Position numbers and translations under genes: made by a program. The notes under the pieces are model-generated. The model did no database searches and was not told the DNA's origin. It was given only the letters and a program-made list of their open reading frames with translations. Of a stretch of DNA of 64,000 bases, positions 36,831 to 49,500 are shown piece after piece. The DNA is from Azolla caroliniana (taxonomy: Eukaryota > Plantae > Polypodiophyta). Position 1 is the stretch's first letter; each line of letters opens with the position of its first letter. Location: NCBI GenBank assembly GCA_043228905.1, contig JBHGNT010000022.1, positions 4,092,001-4,156,000 of the forward strand, written 5' to 3'.

Positions 36831-39800
36831 CCTTGGCCGAGTTTGTCCATCGGCACTGTTCTTCTCCCTTCCCATCCGGAGGGACCTGTCTCCCAACAAA
36901 ACATGCATCACATGCATTCCATGCATTGTATGCATGTTTTGTACCCTCACATGCATCATATGCATGGGGGCATCTATAAAAGAGTGGATGAAAAAGATAA
37001 AAGGGGGGCGATGTATGAATCAAGAATTTAATAAGAAGAAAATTTGTTATTCAATTGATGATATATCTTGTTTATCAAATCTAAATTCAAGAGTTCAATC
37101 TTAATCTCTCTCTCCATTTCAATCTTTCTCAATATGTTTCAAAATTGGAATCTTAATCTCAATCTCTCTCTCTCAATCTATCTTAAATCCTTTCTTGCTA
37201 AAGCTAGTGCAAACTTCGAATCCTTCCGGTCCAGGACCCCGGTGGTTCCGCCTCAAGATCCGCACGTAGTGACGGATTTTTCACAACACCGTTTTGGTTC
37301 TCTACCATAGCGAGCCAATCGGAAAAAATCAAGAACACTCGATCTTTAGTTTCGATCAGATAAACCCACACCTTTTGAGTCGAGTCATCAATAAAGCTGA
37401 AGAAATACAAAGCACCGCCGAGAGACTGATTTGGCATAGGACCACAAATGTCTAAGTGGACCAAAACGAGTGGACTCTATTCTCTCAATGTTGATGTCGG
37501 GTGTGATGCAGCTATCTGTTTGCCATACTGGCAATCAGAATTGATGATTGGAGAAGGAGTGTTTAGGGATGTATCTGCCTCCCTTGCTAAGGTGTCTAAG
37601 TCGTCCATGCCATAGAGATGGCACGGGGTTATCAACCACGAACAGGTCACCCTCTCTAAGTGTGACATACAATGGGTACAGTGAATGTATTTTTGGTCCT
37701 CGAGCAAGCAGGAGGTTCACCCTATAGAGTGTTCACCCCCTGATGAGAAGGCGGCATGAATGTCGTCTTCGTCCAATCCACTAAGATCAAAGGTCTTGAG
37801 AGCTCATCTACATGTCAAACATCATGTAGTACTAATGTAGAGCCACTTGGAAGGTTGAGCTCTATTGTGCAAATTCTGATGATAGCGTAATGTTGCAATT
37901 TTCCGACTCAAACTGAGTCAGAATGTCGGGCCGAGTATTGCCGAAATTGGGATTGATGAGGGGTCACATGATATGAAGCGCCCGAATGCAAGAGGCATGT
38001 GCTCAATTCCTCAGTCGTAAGCAAAACTTCTAATTCAATTGGGCTCTCAATGGACAATATGTTTAGGTCGTTCGACAGTACTTCGGCTGAAGAGCCGATG
38101 TAATTGACCTCCTCATCCCAGCCACTCTTCTAATCAGCTTGCTGAGCTTTGTCGTTTTTGTCTTTGAGTGTGCGGCAATTGGCTTTGATGTGTCCGGGTT
38201 TCTTGCGATACTTGCAAACTCGATTGTCTCGGGATTTGCTCTGACTTCTCTGGTTGTTCGATTGTCGTGAAGAACCTCTTCCTCGACTGTTCGGTTGGTT
38301 GGTCGAACCTTGTACAACATAAGCATCATTGATCGAGTCATTTGCAAACGATTTCCTTTGAGCTGCTTCAGTCAGAATTGCACTCGTGACTGAGGAGTAT
38401 TTGACTACAACAGTCAACGCGTTGCACACAGTAGTGACGAAAGTTTCCCACGAAGGGGCGAGGCTGCTCATGAGCAACATTGCTCTCAGTTCATCTTCGA
38501 TCTTTGTCCCCTGGGCCGCAATTTGGGAACTTAAACTTTCGTACTCATTCAGATATGCCTGGACTGAGTCCGATTCTTTCATCTGAAGGTTGTAAAGGCG
38601 CCGAATCAACTATATCTTTGTGGCAGCGACCTTCTTTTCATAAGTCTCTGATAGTGTCTTCCCTAGTTCGAAGGAAGTCCAACACGATTGCACCGTGACG
38701 TACATGGACTCCAATAGGTGCATCCAAATTGTGGCACGGACGATTATGTCCAACTTCTGCCACTCAATTGGCTTGTCCTTCAAGAGGGTTTTCGTTCTCG
38801 ATTGGGTCAATTTGAACCTTGACTATTAGATAGTCCTACATCTGCTCCTTTGAGAAGTTGAAGTTTAATCCATCAAACTTCCTCTGACTCATCTCTGATG
38901 AGCCGGATGTTGATGCCATCTGTGTCAATTTACTGGACTTTGTGCGAAGTCAACGATGAATAGTGATGGAATGCAGACGACGGGCTCACTCGATATCGTT
39001 CTAGTTGGATTTGGACGCAAGTCAAATCAACTTCGACTATTGACGAGTTCTATCTGAAGTGACTACGGTCAGTTGACTTAGCCGAATTGAACCCGAATTT
39101 ACCAATTCGATTTCGAAAGTCGATTTTAGGATGCCGATCACAAATTATGTGTCAATTATCCATGCCGATCCTGTTTCGGGTGACTGCAACGGTGAGAGGG
39201 ACAAAGCTGACTGGTTCTCCCGAGTCTTGTTCAGCCAAATGCAACACGGATTGGGGTTGTTCCTTGGATCCCAAGTTGCCACGAATGATTACGACGGGCA
39301 AGTAAATAGCATTGATTGACCTATTTGATTGTCATCTAATCCGATGTAGCACGATTGAGGCAGAGCCTTCAGAGCAAGATCTCACTCTAAGTGGCTACAA
39401 TCACAGGGGTAGAGTACAGTTGAGTAGCTTACTCTAATGGTGATTTAGAATAGCGGAGAGCAGATTTTGTAGGTGTTTCTATTAACAAAGATGATCTTGT
39501 AGAGGGTTGATAGAGACAAAGTAGACAGTGGCGGCAGAATCAAGAAATACCAAGCTCTGATACCAGATGTTGTAATGTGGTTGTCTAGGTGCGGGACAAT
39601 ATCAACATCCTTCTGGTGATAGATCATTAATAGGTACAAGCAAAGCAAATTGATGGACACAAGTTAATGAATCAAGAGCACAAGAAGAAGAGACAGAAAG
39701 TTATGCACAAATCGCACTGTATTTCTCAAGCTCTGAATGGCACAATATACAAGATGAAAAACCTTACAAAACTAGGTTACAAAGTCAGTTTGTATACTGA

Positions 39801-39882
39801 CTAACTTAGGGCAACTGCCCTTCTTAGTATTTATAAGAATGGCCTAAACCTAGTGTGTACAAATGGTACAATGCGAATACGT

Positions 39883-40520
39883 CCATTAGAGACCTGTATT
39901 CGACAATTCCCCCATGCCTCCTTCGATGTTTTTGCCTCTCGAATGTAGCCGAGCATGTGATCATGTACGCATGATGCAAGGCAGTACACACGGCTCGTAG
40001 CCTACTCCTAGGTTGGGTAGTCGAACGTAGTCGGCGTGTATCAGGTTGGGTTGCGTTTCTTGTGCTCCTTCGATGTAGCCCCAATAGCTTTGGCCGACAA
40101 GGTATTTGTGCATCTTGTATTCCCAAGATGCAAAGTTGTTTCTGTCGAACTTCTCGGTAGGAAGAGTGCTTCCCATCTGGATGTTCATGTTGACTCCTCC
40201 CATTAGAGACCCGTATTCGACAGTTCCCTCATGCCTCCTTCGGCGTTTTTGCCTCTTGAATGTAGACTAGCATGTGATCATGTACGCATGATGCAAGGCA
40301 GTACAACACACGGCTCGCATCTTGCTCCCAGGTTGGCCAGTTGAATGTAGTCAGCGTGTGTCGGGTTGGGTTGTGTTTCTTGCGCTCCTTCGATGTAGTC
40401 CCAATAGCCTTGGCCGACAAGGTATTGGTGGATCTTGTACTCCCAAGATGCAAAGTTGTTTCTGTCGAGCTTCTTAGTAGGAAGAGCGCTTCCCATCTAG
40501 ATGTTCATGTTGACTCTTCT
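39883..40520. repeat. Tandem duplication (period about 317 bp) covering the end of the J LTR and the gag N-terminus of C
   Basis: CCATTAGAGACC.GTATTCGACA plus TSD plus gag MGS.LPT.K.DRNNFASWEYK occurs twice; the LTR end falls at 39905 and again at 40222. Confidence 0.85.
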
Positions 40521-41025
40521 TTGTGATATGGACTGTGCAGAGGCTGCTACAACAATCGGTCAGTTCTTCATGAACATAGCCTTAAACACAACACATGTGA
40601 ATAAGATTGGATCAGACTACCAATTGCTCTGATACCATGTAAAGAACTGAGAGTGATTATGTGTAGCGGAAGAGGTGTGTGTGTGAGTGAGAGAGAGAGA
40701 GAGAGTGAGTGAGAAAGAGTGAGAGAGCTCAAGTATATAGAAAACAAGTAAAGACTATATTATCAAAAGAAAGATTACAAGAATGACCAACAGTTAGAAA
40801 TAAAGTGGGAAGGTGCTTATATAGTCACCTTCTCTTTATATTCTCTTTCTACAACCACCTCTTAACTAAAGGGAGGTGGAAACTTAACTACATTGAATAT
40901 GTGTCATAGAACTATAAGATTCTATGACACACTAGTTACTATAGTAGGTGGTGGGATGTTCACACACCATGGTGTGTTCCCATACTAGGGAAATTGAGTT
41001 TGATTTTCAACAGATTGTTAAGCAT

Positions 41026-41456
41026 TGTTGAGCGGCAAGCTCAATTGGAACCGGAATGGTTGGATAAGCCAGAGCTGGTGAGTGAGACGGATCGGTGAGC
41101 CGGAGAGCACCCGGTGAGCAAAGAGCCGGTGAGCTGGGGAGCCGGTTAGCCAGATCCATCAGTAACCAGAAGCCTAGTCGCAGCAAGACTACTAGGGAGT
41201 TATTACTCTCGTAGTTAGTGTCAGACGCTCGAGTGAGCATTGAAGTACACCGTACTTCTGTCAATCTGTATGGACTTGTATAAAAGCGTTCGCTGAACAC
41301 ATACGATGTACAGAGCGTTGATATAATTTTTTGAATAGATTTTCTTGTTCTCTCTGTCTCTCCCACATACTGTTAAGCTCTCCATTAAACCTGTTCTCTG
41401 TTCTTTGTTCTCTATTTTCTGTTTTCTATTGCTTCTGCACGCTATTTGTTTTTACA
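41026..41456. mobile_element. Solo LTR (431 bp) in the LINE endonuclease
   Basis: TGTTGAG...TTTTACA ends; perfect 5-bp TSD AGCAT (41021-41025 and 41457-41461); TATAAAA at about 41279. Confidence 0.85.
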
Positions 41457-41461
41457 AGCAT

Positions 41462-42364
41462 CAACTTGGAAACTTCTTGTACGGACATTCATGTCACCAA
41501 AGACAATAACTTCCCCTTTGGATTTGAAATAAGCAATATCATCTTCTAGATTGGCAAAAGGTTAATCTTTATTCAAACAAACATAAAAATTAGAATCGTG
41601 ATGAGGAATGTAACATTCAACTACAAAAGTGGGCAAATCATTAGGTGTTTCTATTTTGAGTCATATGTAAAATTTATGTTCATCATATTTCTCTATTTCC
41701 TTCTTAATCATACATGCCACCCCTCCGTGTCCTCTTCTTTGTCTTTGTCCCATATCAAAGAGTGTACGTTATAGTTTCCTAAACCTTGAATCCTTTGAGT
41801 ATCATGCTCTCATGTTTTCAACAAGAAGTATGATATTCAAGTCATCAATGAACTCCTTTATGTCAAATCCCTCATTCCAAGGTATCTATTGCAATTCCAA
41901 AAGCATACTCGTAGAAGACATGGTTTAGTCTCATAGGTCATGTGTCCTTATTTGCGTACATTTCCGTCTTTAGGCACATCCTTAATCTTATTTTTCAATT
42001 TTTCTTCATATGCTTTACGACGAGCATTTTGTTGTGAGATAGTACGATCTTCACTCACAAAGCATTACGTACCTTTGTGGTATACCCAACTATTTTCGAG
42101 TATGATCCTCCTCTTTGTATCATTCGTCATTGTGCATACTATAAGCCTTTCTTCATAGTGAGTATCACCATGTTTCCCAACTCGGTGTGCCCCAAAATAC
42201 ATTCACATCCGACATACCATAATGCATGCTAAAGAATTCACCACTAGCCTTTCCAAGGTATGCAGGTGTTTCCATACACTCCTCCTTAATCCCATGGATG
42301 ATAATGTACATTTACCCATGACTTCATTGTGCATACATTTTTCATCTCATGTACATCTCACCTC
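41462..42364 (-). pseudogene. LINE ORF1 C-terminus and ORF2 APE N-terminus
   Basis: AHRVGK...RLIVCTMT...FVSEDRTISQQ (ORF1-like); VCFWNC, GGVACMIK and IVFGDMNVRT (APE motifs). Confidence 0.75.
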
Positions 42365-45300
42365 TGTTGGCATAAAAGGCCGACTCCTTCCAAATTGTAT
42401 CCGTCCGAGTGTGAACTCGTTAATAAGTTAGGGCTTAGTATATAAGCGAATACCTAACATTGTAATGAGTGATGACGAGCAGAGTATTGTATCTCTGAGA
42501 AAGAATGAAGTAATAAGAAGCTTTCCATTAAAGCTCCATCTATGTAAGTCTCCACGCCTATTCTATTTTCTGTATGTGTTGTTTGTTGTCCAGTACCGAC
42601 TATAGATCCATACACGTTTCCGTACATAGCACTCGACACCCCACAACTGGTATCAGAGCCGAATCTTTGTTGTTCGGTGGCAATAGACAACAAAAGAAGC
42701 TGAAAGAAAAGATCAGGTCAAAAATCACAAGTTCACAAATAGAATATGGCTTCAACATCCGGATGAGGAGTTGAAATCAGAAAATTCGACGGCAAAAACT
42801 TTGCCTTGTGGAAGGAGATGATGCAGGATGTGTTGATCATTCGAAGATAGGACGAAGTCATTCGGCACAGCAGAAAACCTGCTTCAATGATAGCCGAGGA
42901 GTGGAGATCAACGGACGAAATCGCATGCTCCACCATCTGAATGCATCTGGCCGAAAACATCTATTTTAGAATGGCGAAAGAGACAACAACATTCTTATTG
43001 TGGGAGAAGCTACAGGCCGTCTATGAGAAGAAGTCCTCATCTTTGAAACTGATCTTGATCAAACAATTGTTCAATATGAAGATGAAAGAGACTGATCGGG
43101 CAACCTCCCACATCAACACCTTCAGCTAGGTGTTGTCAGAGCTCTCGTCACAAGGGATCAACTTTGAAGAAGAAGTGAAAGCCCTTGCCCTCCTATCGAG
43201 CTTGCCGGTGAGTTGGGAGGTATTATGTACGACTTACACCAATAGCCGATCGATCCTAAATCTGGACAAAACAACCGACCAAGTCCTCACAGGACATCAG
43301 GCGAAAATCGATAGGATTAACCATCGATGAGTTGGCAAAAGCCCATCACTCGACCAAGTCGTTCGATTGATAGAGTCGAATGAAAGAACAAGCCGATAGA
43401 ACCGGTCGTCGCTACAGCCAATCGAAAACAAGAGGTGACCGACAGCGGTCGAAGTCGAGAACGGGCCCAACAAGTGAGTACTGCACACACTGCAGGAAAT
43501 CTAGCCACAATGTTTCCGACTGCTGGTCAATAAAAAGAAAAGAGAGTGGTCGGCGATCCGAGCGGAATCGGGGACATTCCGACTCGGACCACTCTCCAGT
43601 CGGCAACCAAATCAATGTTGCCGACACCCGACCTGGAGAAATCCTCTCCCTAGAGGATTTGATGATCAGAGAAGTCCTCTACAATGCACAAGTTGCACAC
43701 ACGTGGCTACTAGACTCTGGTGCCACATTTTACGTGACCCCCAACGTTGAATGGTTCTTGAACTATTCAGTTGACGTCAGCGGCATAGTCCGACAAGGAA
43801 ACGGGCAGGAGTGCAAGATAGCCGAAACCGGGGAGGTTTTCATCAGATTGCCAAATGGCAACCCAATAACCCTGCACTGAGTTCGGCACGTACTCGATCT
43901 AAAGAGGAGTCTAGTCTCCATCGGCATGTTAGCTAAAGACAGGTATTGAACGACTCTACACGAGTCGACATGGGTGATCAGTTGAGGAAACCTCAAAATC
44001 GGTAGTGGGCATAAGTATAATAATCTATACCCATTGATGGCAATCAACCCTGAAGGGGCCGTGAACGTAGCCGAGAAAACTGACCTGAACCTATGGCATG
44101 GCCGACTTGGCCACATGTCTCAAGCCGGACTTGATCGGTTGATGTCGGTCGGCTACATCCCGAAACTCCAAGCAAAGACAGACTTTTGCGAGCATTGTCG
44201 ATATGGGAAACAAAGCCGAAGTCCGCACTCTCTCCACTACGAGACGGTACGACAACCCATAGAGCTCGTGCACACAGACCTATGTGGGCCCATGCCAAAG
44301 CGATCACTAGGAGCCTCCCGGTACTTCATCACATTCGTAAATAACTGTACACGGAAAGTTTGGGCATACTCCATCAAGTCCAAAGATGAAGCGCTTGAGG
44401 TCGTCACTTGATGGATATCAAAAGTGGAGAACCACTCGGGACACACAATGAAAACACTCCGATTCGACAACGGAGGTGAGTACACCTCCAGAGCCTTCAA
44501 ACAGTACCTGTCTGAAAAAGGGATCCGACATCAAAAGACCATTCCTTACACACCCATGCAGAATGGGGTGGTTGAATGGATCAACTGAACGATCCAGGAG
44601 AGGGTGACGGCAATGCTCCAGCAAGCCGGACTAAAGCTGGAATTCTGGGTCGAGGCATTACAGACGGCAGTGTACCTGATATATCTGGCGCCGTCAAGAG
44701 CAATCAGACTCGAAGTGCCAGATGCACTATGGTTAGGCAAACAACCGACCTACAATAGGCTTTGTATATTTGGATGCGAAGCCTACGCGTTCATCCCCAG
44801 GGACAAAAGGACGAAGTTGGCACCCCATGCAACAAAGTGCATATTTCTCGGTTATTGAACCGATGGGGACTTCGGCTACCTATTATGGGATCATGAGAAC
44901 CGGAAATTGATCCGGAGTAGCGACATAGTCTTCAATGAAGACTCTATCTTCTCTCAACAGAACCAATAGAAAACAGTTGGTAAGAAGGTATCCTTCAAAG
45001 ATGATAGCATTGTCGTAGAAGGACCGACCCAACGGGCCGAATAGGAGACTTGACAAACAATCGAACTCCAACAAACTACCAACTTCCCTGCCCACACTGA
45101 ATCGACAACAAGTCCTAACGTCGAACTCAAAGAACAAGCAATCAAAGACACAACCGAATAGACAAGAGTTGACAAAGGCAAAGTCGCTAAGAGGCCAGTC
45201 AGAATCGAGTCGACAACAACCACAGGGGAGAACAACCAAACATCGTCGAAATCCCAAACCGAGGTGGGACACCTAACAAGACTCCTGACACAACTGGTTC

Positions 45301-46070
45301 AACAAATACCGATCGTCAATCTGAACCGATTGAAGAATCCGAACTAGATATTACGGCACCCAAGAGAGCTGGACGAGCTCAAAGGCAAACAGAGTTTTAT
45401 CAACCCGGCCTCGACTATGTCCACTACATGGATGCAGGCAAACCATGCACGTATGACGAAGCTATGGCCACACTGGACGCCGAAACATGGTTGCAGGCCA
45501 TGAAATCCAAAATGGACTCGATTCATCAGAATCAGACATGGGAGCTGGTCGAACTACCAGCAGGAAGAAAGCCGCTACCTTGCAAATGGTTGTTTCGATA
45601 CAAGTATATATCCGACTCAAAGAAACCCAAGTACAAAGCTCGGCTTGTCACGAAAGGATTCAAACAGGAATACGGGGTCGACTACAACGAGATATTCTCA
45701 CCAGTAGTCAAGATGACCACCCTCCGACTCCTACTAGGATTCGTGGCGACAAAAGATCTAGAGCTTGAGCAGATGGCCGTAAAGACGACATTCCTACACG
45801 AAGATCTGGAAGAAGACATATACATGTCTCAACCAGCTGGCTTCACGGCGACAAGGGAGGACAGTAACCTCGTATGTCGACTAAAGAAAAGTCTATATGG
45901 CCTAAAACAAGCATCGAGAATGTGGTACCAGAAGTTTGAATCCTACATACGGCAGCTTGGATACAACATATCAGACTCCGACCCATGCATGTATGTTCGG
46001 CAACTAGCCGACGAGTCAAGGATCTATCTGATCCTATACGTCGACGACATGTTGATTGCAGGGACTAATC

Positions 46071-46470
46071 TGTTAGGAAACAGGTCCCTCCGGATGGGAA
46101 GTGAGAAGAACAGTGTTGATGAGATCGGCCTCGGCCGAATCCGGATGACGAGTACCCGGCAACGGAAGACCTGGTGAGAACCGGATGACGAGTACCCGGC
46201 AACGAAAGACCTGGTGAGAACCGGACGACGAGTACCCGGCAAGGAAGACCCGGTGAGAATCGGATGTTGCAGGCCCGGTGAGAACCTCTCATCGGATGGA
46301 AGGGACATATATGTAAATATGTTCTAGAGAGCCCACTGGGGCTATATTTGTAAATAGCCCGAAAGTCATATTAATATAAATATGACCTAGGGCAAACTTA
46401 ATAGTGATTATGATGTAGAGTTGGTTGTGTTATTATCGTTGTGGCGATAATTCAGAGTGCAATTGTGTAC

Positions 46471-46501
<31 letters not shown>

Positions 46502-49500
46502 GAAGAGGTTGTTGCCTCTATTGTAACCGCCTGGTGGCGAAGCGAGGGAGCAAGAGGTCATTGCCTCTGTGCCCCATTATTATAATCTTGATATAGTGAT
46601 ATTTTGCAGTCTGATGGCTGCCGTGGTTTTTCCCCAGATTTGGGTTTTCCACGTTAACATCCAGTGCACTCTCTCCTTTATTGTTTCGTGTGTTAGATAC
46701 ATCTCACCACATCCTTGTTTTCTGTGATTGATCCAACGTCTCGGTTGTGGCCAAGCATAGCTTAGGGAACCGTATTCCTATCAATCTAGTATCAGAGCGA
46801 AACGACACAGAAAAATGGACGATTCGTTGGGAGGCATGTTCAAGCTCACCGGCTCCAACTATTCAGTGTGGAAGTCGAAGATGAGGGACATGCTCGTGGT
46901 TAAAGATCTTTGGTTGCCGGTTTAGTTCGGGGACAAGAGATCGGACAAAATCGATGCCATGATATGGGAGGTGATGCACATGAAGACAACGGCGTACGTA
47001 CGGTGCTTCATCGACATGAGTCTATACAACAACTTCAATGAAGAGAGCAAGCCTCACGAGCTCTGGGAGAAGATTGGCATTATGTTTCAGAACAAAAAAT
47101 GTTGTTAATCAGGTTTCGGTATTTCAGAAGCTAGTAAGACTCCGGTACCAAGATGGTTCCAGCATGGCGGAGCACATGAATGCCTTCCAGGGGCTAATAC
47201 ACCAGGCAACATCATTAGAAGTACCTCTCGCCGATGAGGTACTAGCACTACTCTCGCTCGGTTCCCTCCCAGATAGCTGGGAGACGTTGATCGTCACTTT
47301 GGGTAACGCTAGGCCGGAAGGGAAACGGTTATCCCTAGCAAGAGTGAAGTCGAGCTTGCTAGATGAGGAGGCGCGTCGGAAAGATAAGGATATGAGCTCC
47401 GACTCCAAAGCGCTCCTTACAGAATCGGAACGTGGAAGACAAAGGAACCATAGTCCCCAAAACCGGGAAAAGTCGGGGACACGGTCAAAGTCAAGAGGGA
47501 GGCCTACCTGCTTCTATTGCGGCAAGCCGGGACACTTGCAGAAGAATTGTTGGCACTTCCGAAAAGACAAGGAAACCGATGGTACCGATTCGAAGCGGAC
47601 ACCAGACCGGAACGGTAAAGACCGGAGGGGAACAAACCGGAAGGGAACGATAGCAATCGCGGCAAGTGAAGAAGAGTTGATGCTCATCACTGAGGAGAGT
47701 GAGTTGAACCTTGCCGGCGACGAGACAACGTGGGTTGTTGATTCCAGAGCGTTGTTCCACCTTACCCCGGACCGTAAATACTTCTCATCCTACACAGCCG
47801 GTGATCACGGTTGTGTCCGGATGGGGAATGAAGGTACATGCCGAATTGTTGGCATAGGAGATGTGTGGTTGACAACACCAACCGGATGAGAGCTGTTGCT
47901 GAAGGATGTCCAACACATTTCGGAGGTTCGACTGAACCTGATATCAGCCGGTCGGCTAGATGATGAAGGCTACACGGGTAGCATCCGGAACGGTGTCATG
48001 AAGTTCAACAAAGGGAGCTTGATAGTGGCTCGGGCCTGGAAAGTCAACGAGTTATACCTGATGAATGCCCGGTTATGTCCGGAGGAAGTGAACGTGGCAT
48101 TCGACACTGCCGGTGAGCTGTGGCACAAGAGACTGTGTCACATGAGCGTGAAGGGGATGAAGAGGCTTGCCGATGACAACCTCATTCCAGTGAAGAACGT
48201 GCATCTTGAGAAGTGCACTGATTGTCTGGCCGGTAAACAAAACCGGGCCTCCTTCCGATCGAGGCCACCGATGAGACGTAATGCACCATTGGAGTTGGTG
48301 CATAGTGATGTGTGTCAAGTAGACACGAAGTCACATGCAGGATTGCAGTACTTCGTGATGTTCATAGATGACCACAACAGGAGGTTGTGGGCCACACCGT
48401 TGAAGATGAAGGATCAAGTGTTATCTGTCTTCAAGGAGCTCCATGCAAGAGTGGAAAGAGAATCTGGCCAGAAGCTAAAGGCTTGTTCGAGCAGATAACG
48501 GAGGTGAATACCGGGGGCAGTTCGAGGAGTACTGCCACTCGAAGGGAATCCGGCTCGAATTTATTGTGTTGAAGACGCCAGAACTAAACGGGCTAGCCAA
48601 GAGGATGAACCAGACCATAATGGAGAGGGTCCGGAGTATGCTAGCACATGCAAAATTACCCAAGACGTTTTGGGCTGAGGCACTGTCGACGCCGACATAC
48701 GTGATAAACAGATCACCCTGAGTACCCTTGGACAGAGACACGCCGCAGAGAGTATGGACCGGTAAGGAAGTGTCCTACCGGCATCTGAAGGTGTTCGAGT
48801 GTCTCGCGTATGTGCATGTTGCTAAGAACCAGAGAGGAAAGTTGGATCCAAAGACCCAGCCATGCATATTCCTCAGATACGGCGATGATGAGTTCGGCTA
48901 CCGAGTGTGGGATCCGGTTGACAAGAAGGCTTTCCGGAGCCAAGATATTATCTTCATGGAGGACAAGACTCTTGCCGACTGTGAGTCGGAGAAGAAGATA
49001 ATGAACTCCGATGAGATTCGGACCCACCCGGCTAAGAGCCGGTTGACACTCGAGGAACCAGCCGGTTACGGTGAGGATACCGAACCGGCAGAAGAAGAAG
49101 TAGAGGAAGCTGAAATCAAACCGGCCAAGACCCCGAATCGGATTCGGATGAAGAACGAATAGTGGAGCCGGTTGCTGAAGGCCAAAGACGAAGATATCCT
49201 CTCAGAGAGAGAAGGGCCCCCCGGAGATTTCCGGATGCAGAGCATATGCTGCTGACCGATGAGGGAGAGCCGGAAAGCTTTGAGGAAGCGAAGGACGACA
49301 CCCACAACCGCAAATGGTTAAGTGCCATGCAGGATGAGATGGATTCCCTGCATGAGAACCATACGTACGAATTGGTGGAGTTGTCGAAAGAAAAGCGGGC
49401 ATTCCGAAATAAGTGGGTGTACAAGTTGAAACCGGGAGATGCCGGCAAACCCCCGAGATACAAAGCCGGGATCGTGGTGAAAGGGTTTCAACAGAAGAAG

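Larger units (their letters stand above)
31162..36898 (-). mobile_element. Tnt1-like Ty1/copia element F (young, near intact)
   Basis: LTRs 31162-31860 and 35930-36898; TSD GAACA/AAACA; PBS 35916-35927; PPT 31861-31873; gag 35900-35009 (frameshifted); 759-aa INT-RT-RH ORF. Confidence 0.95.
30399..37288. mobile_element. Solo LTR, family I, copy 2 (inverted relative to copy 1), split by copia F
   Basis: TGTCGTGAAGAT...TTTCACAACA ends; 4-bp TSD CCGT (30395-30398 and 37289-37292); homologous to 8847-9811. Confidence 0.85.
27720..39905 (-). mobile_element. Ty1/copia element J, inserted in the gag of C
   Basis: LTRs 27720-28058 and 39568-39905; TSD GTTCC/ATTCC; PBS 39554-39565; gag 38063-38920, INT split at 30398/37293, RT 28629-29795, RNase H 28263-28610. 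Confidence 0.9.
3662..41012 (-). mobile_element. Full-length Ty1/copia element C, expanded by about 31 kb of nested insertions
   Basis: Matching LTRs 3662-4091 and 40638-41012; perfect 5-bp TSD GATTG (3657-3661 and 41013-41017); tRNA-iMet PBS at 40626-40637; gag at 39906-40520 and 26960-27719, protease/pre-integrase 26398-26950, INT/RT/RH 4260-7772. Confidence 0.93.

Noticed and set aside
35625-37104. Long ORFs (229, 262 and 190 aa) with 18-aa repeats
   Set aside because: They are translations of LTR sequence, the 54-bp tandem repeat and antisense gag; duplicated in the other LTR, with no protein signal.
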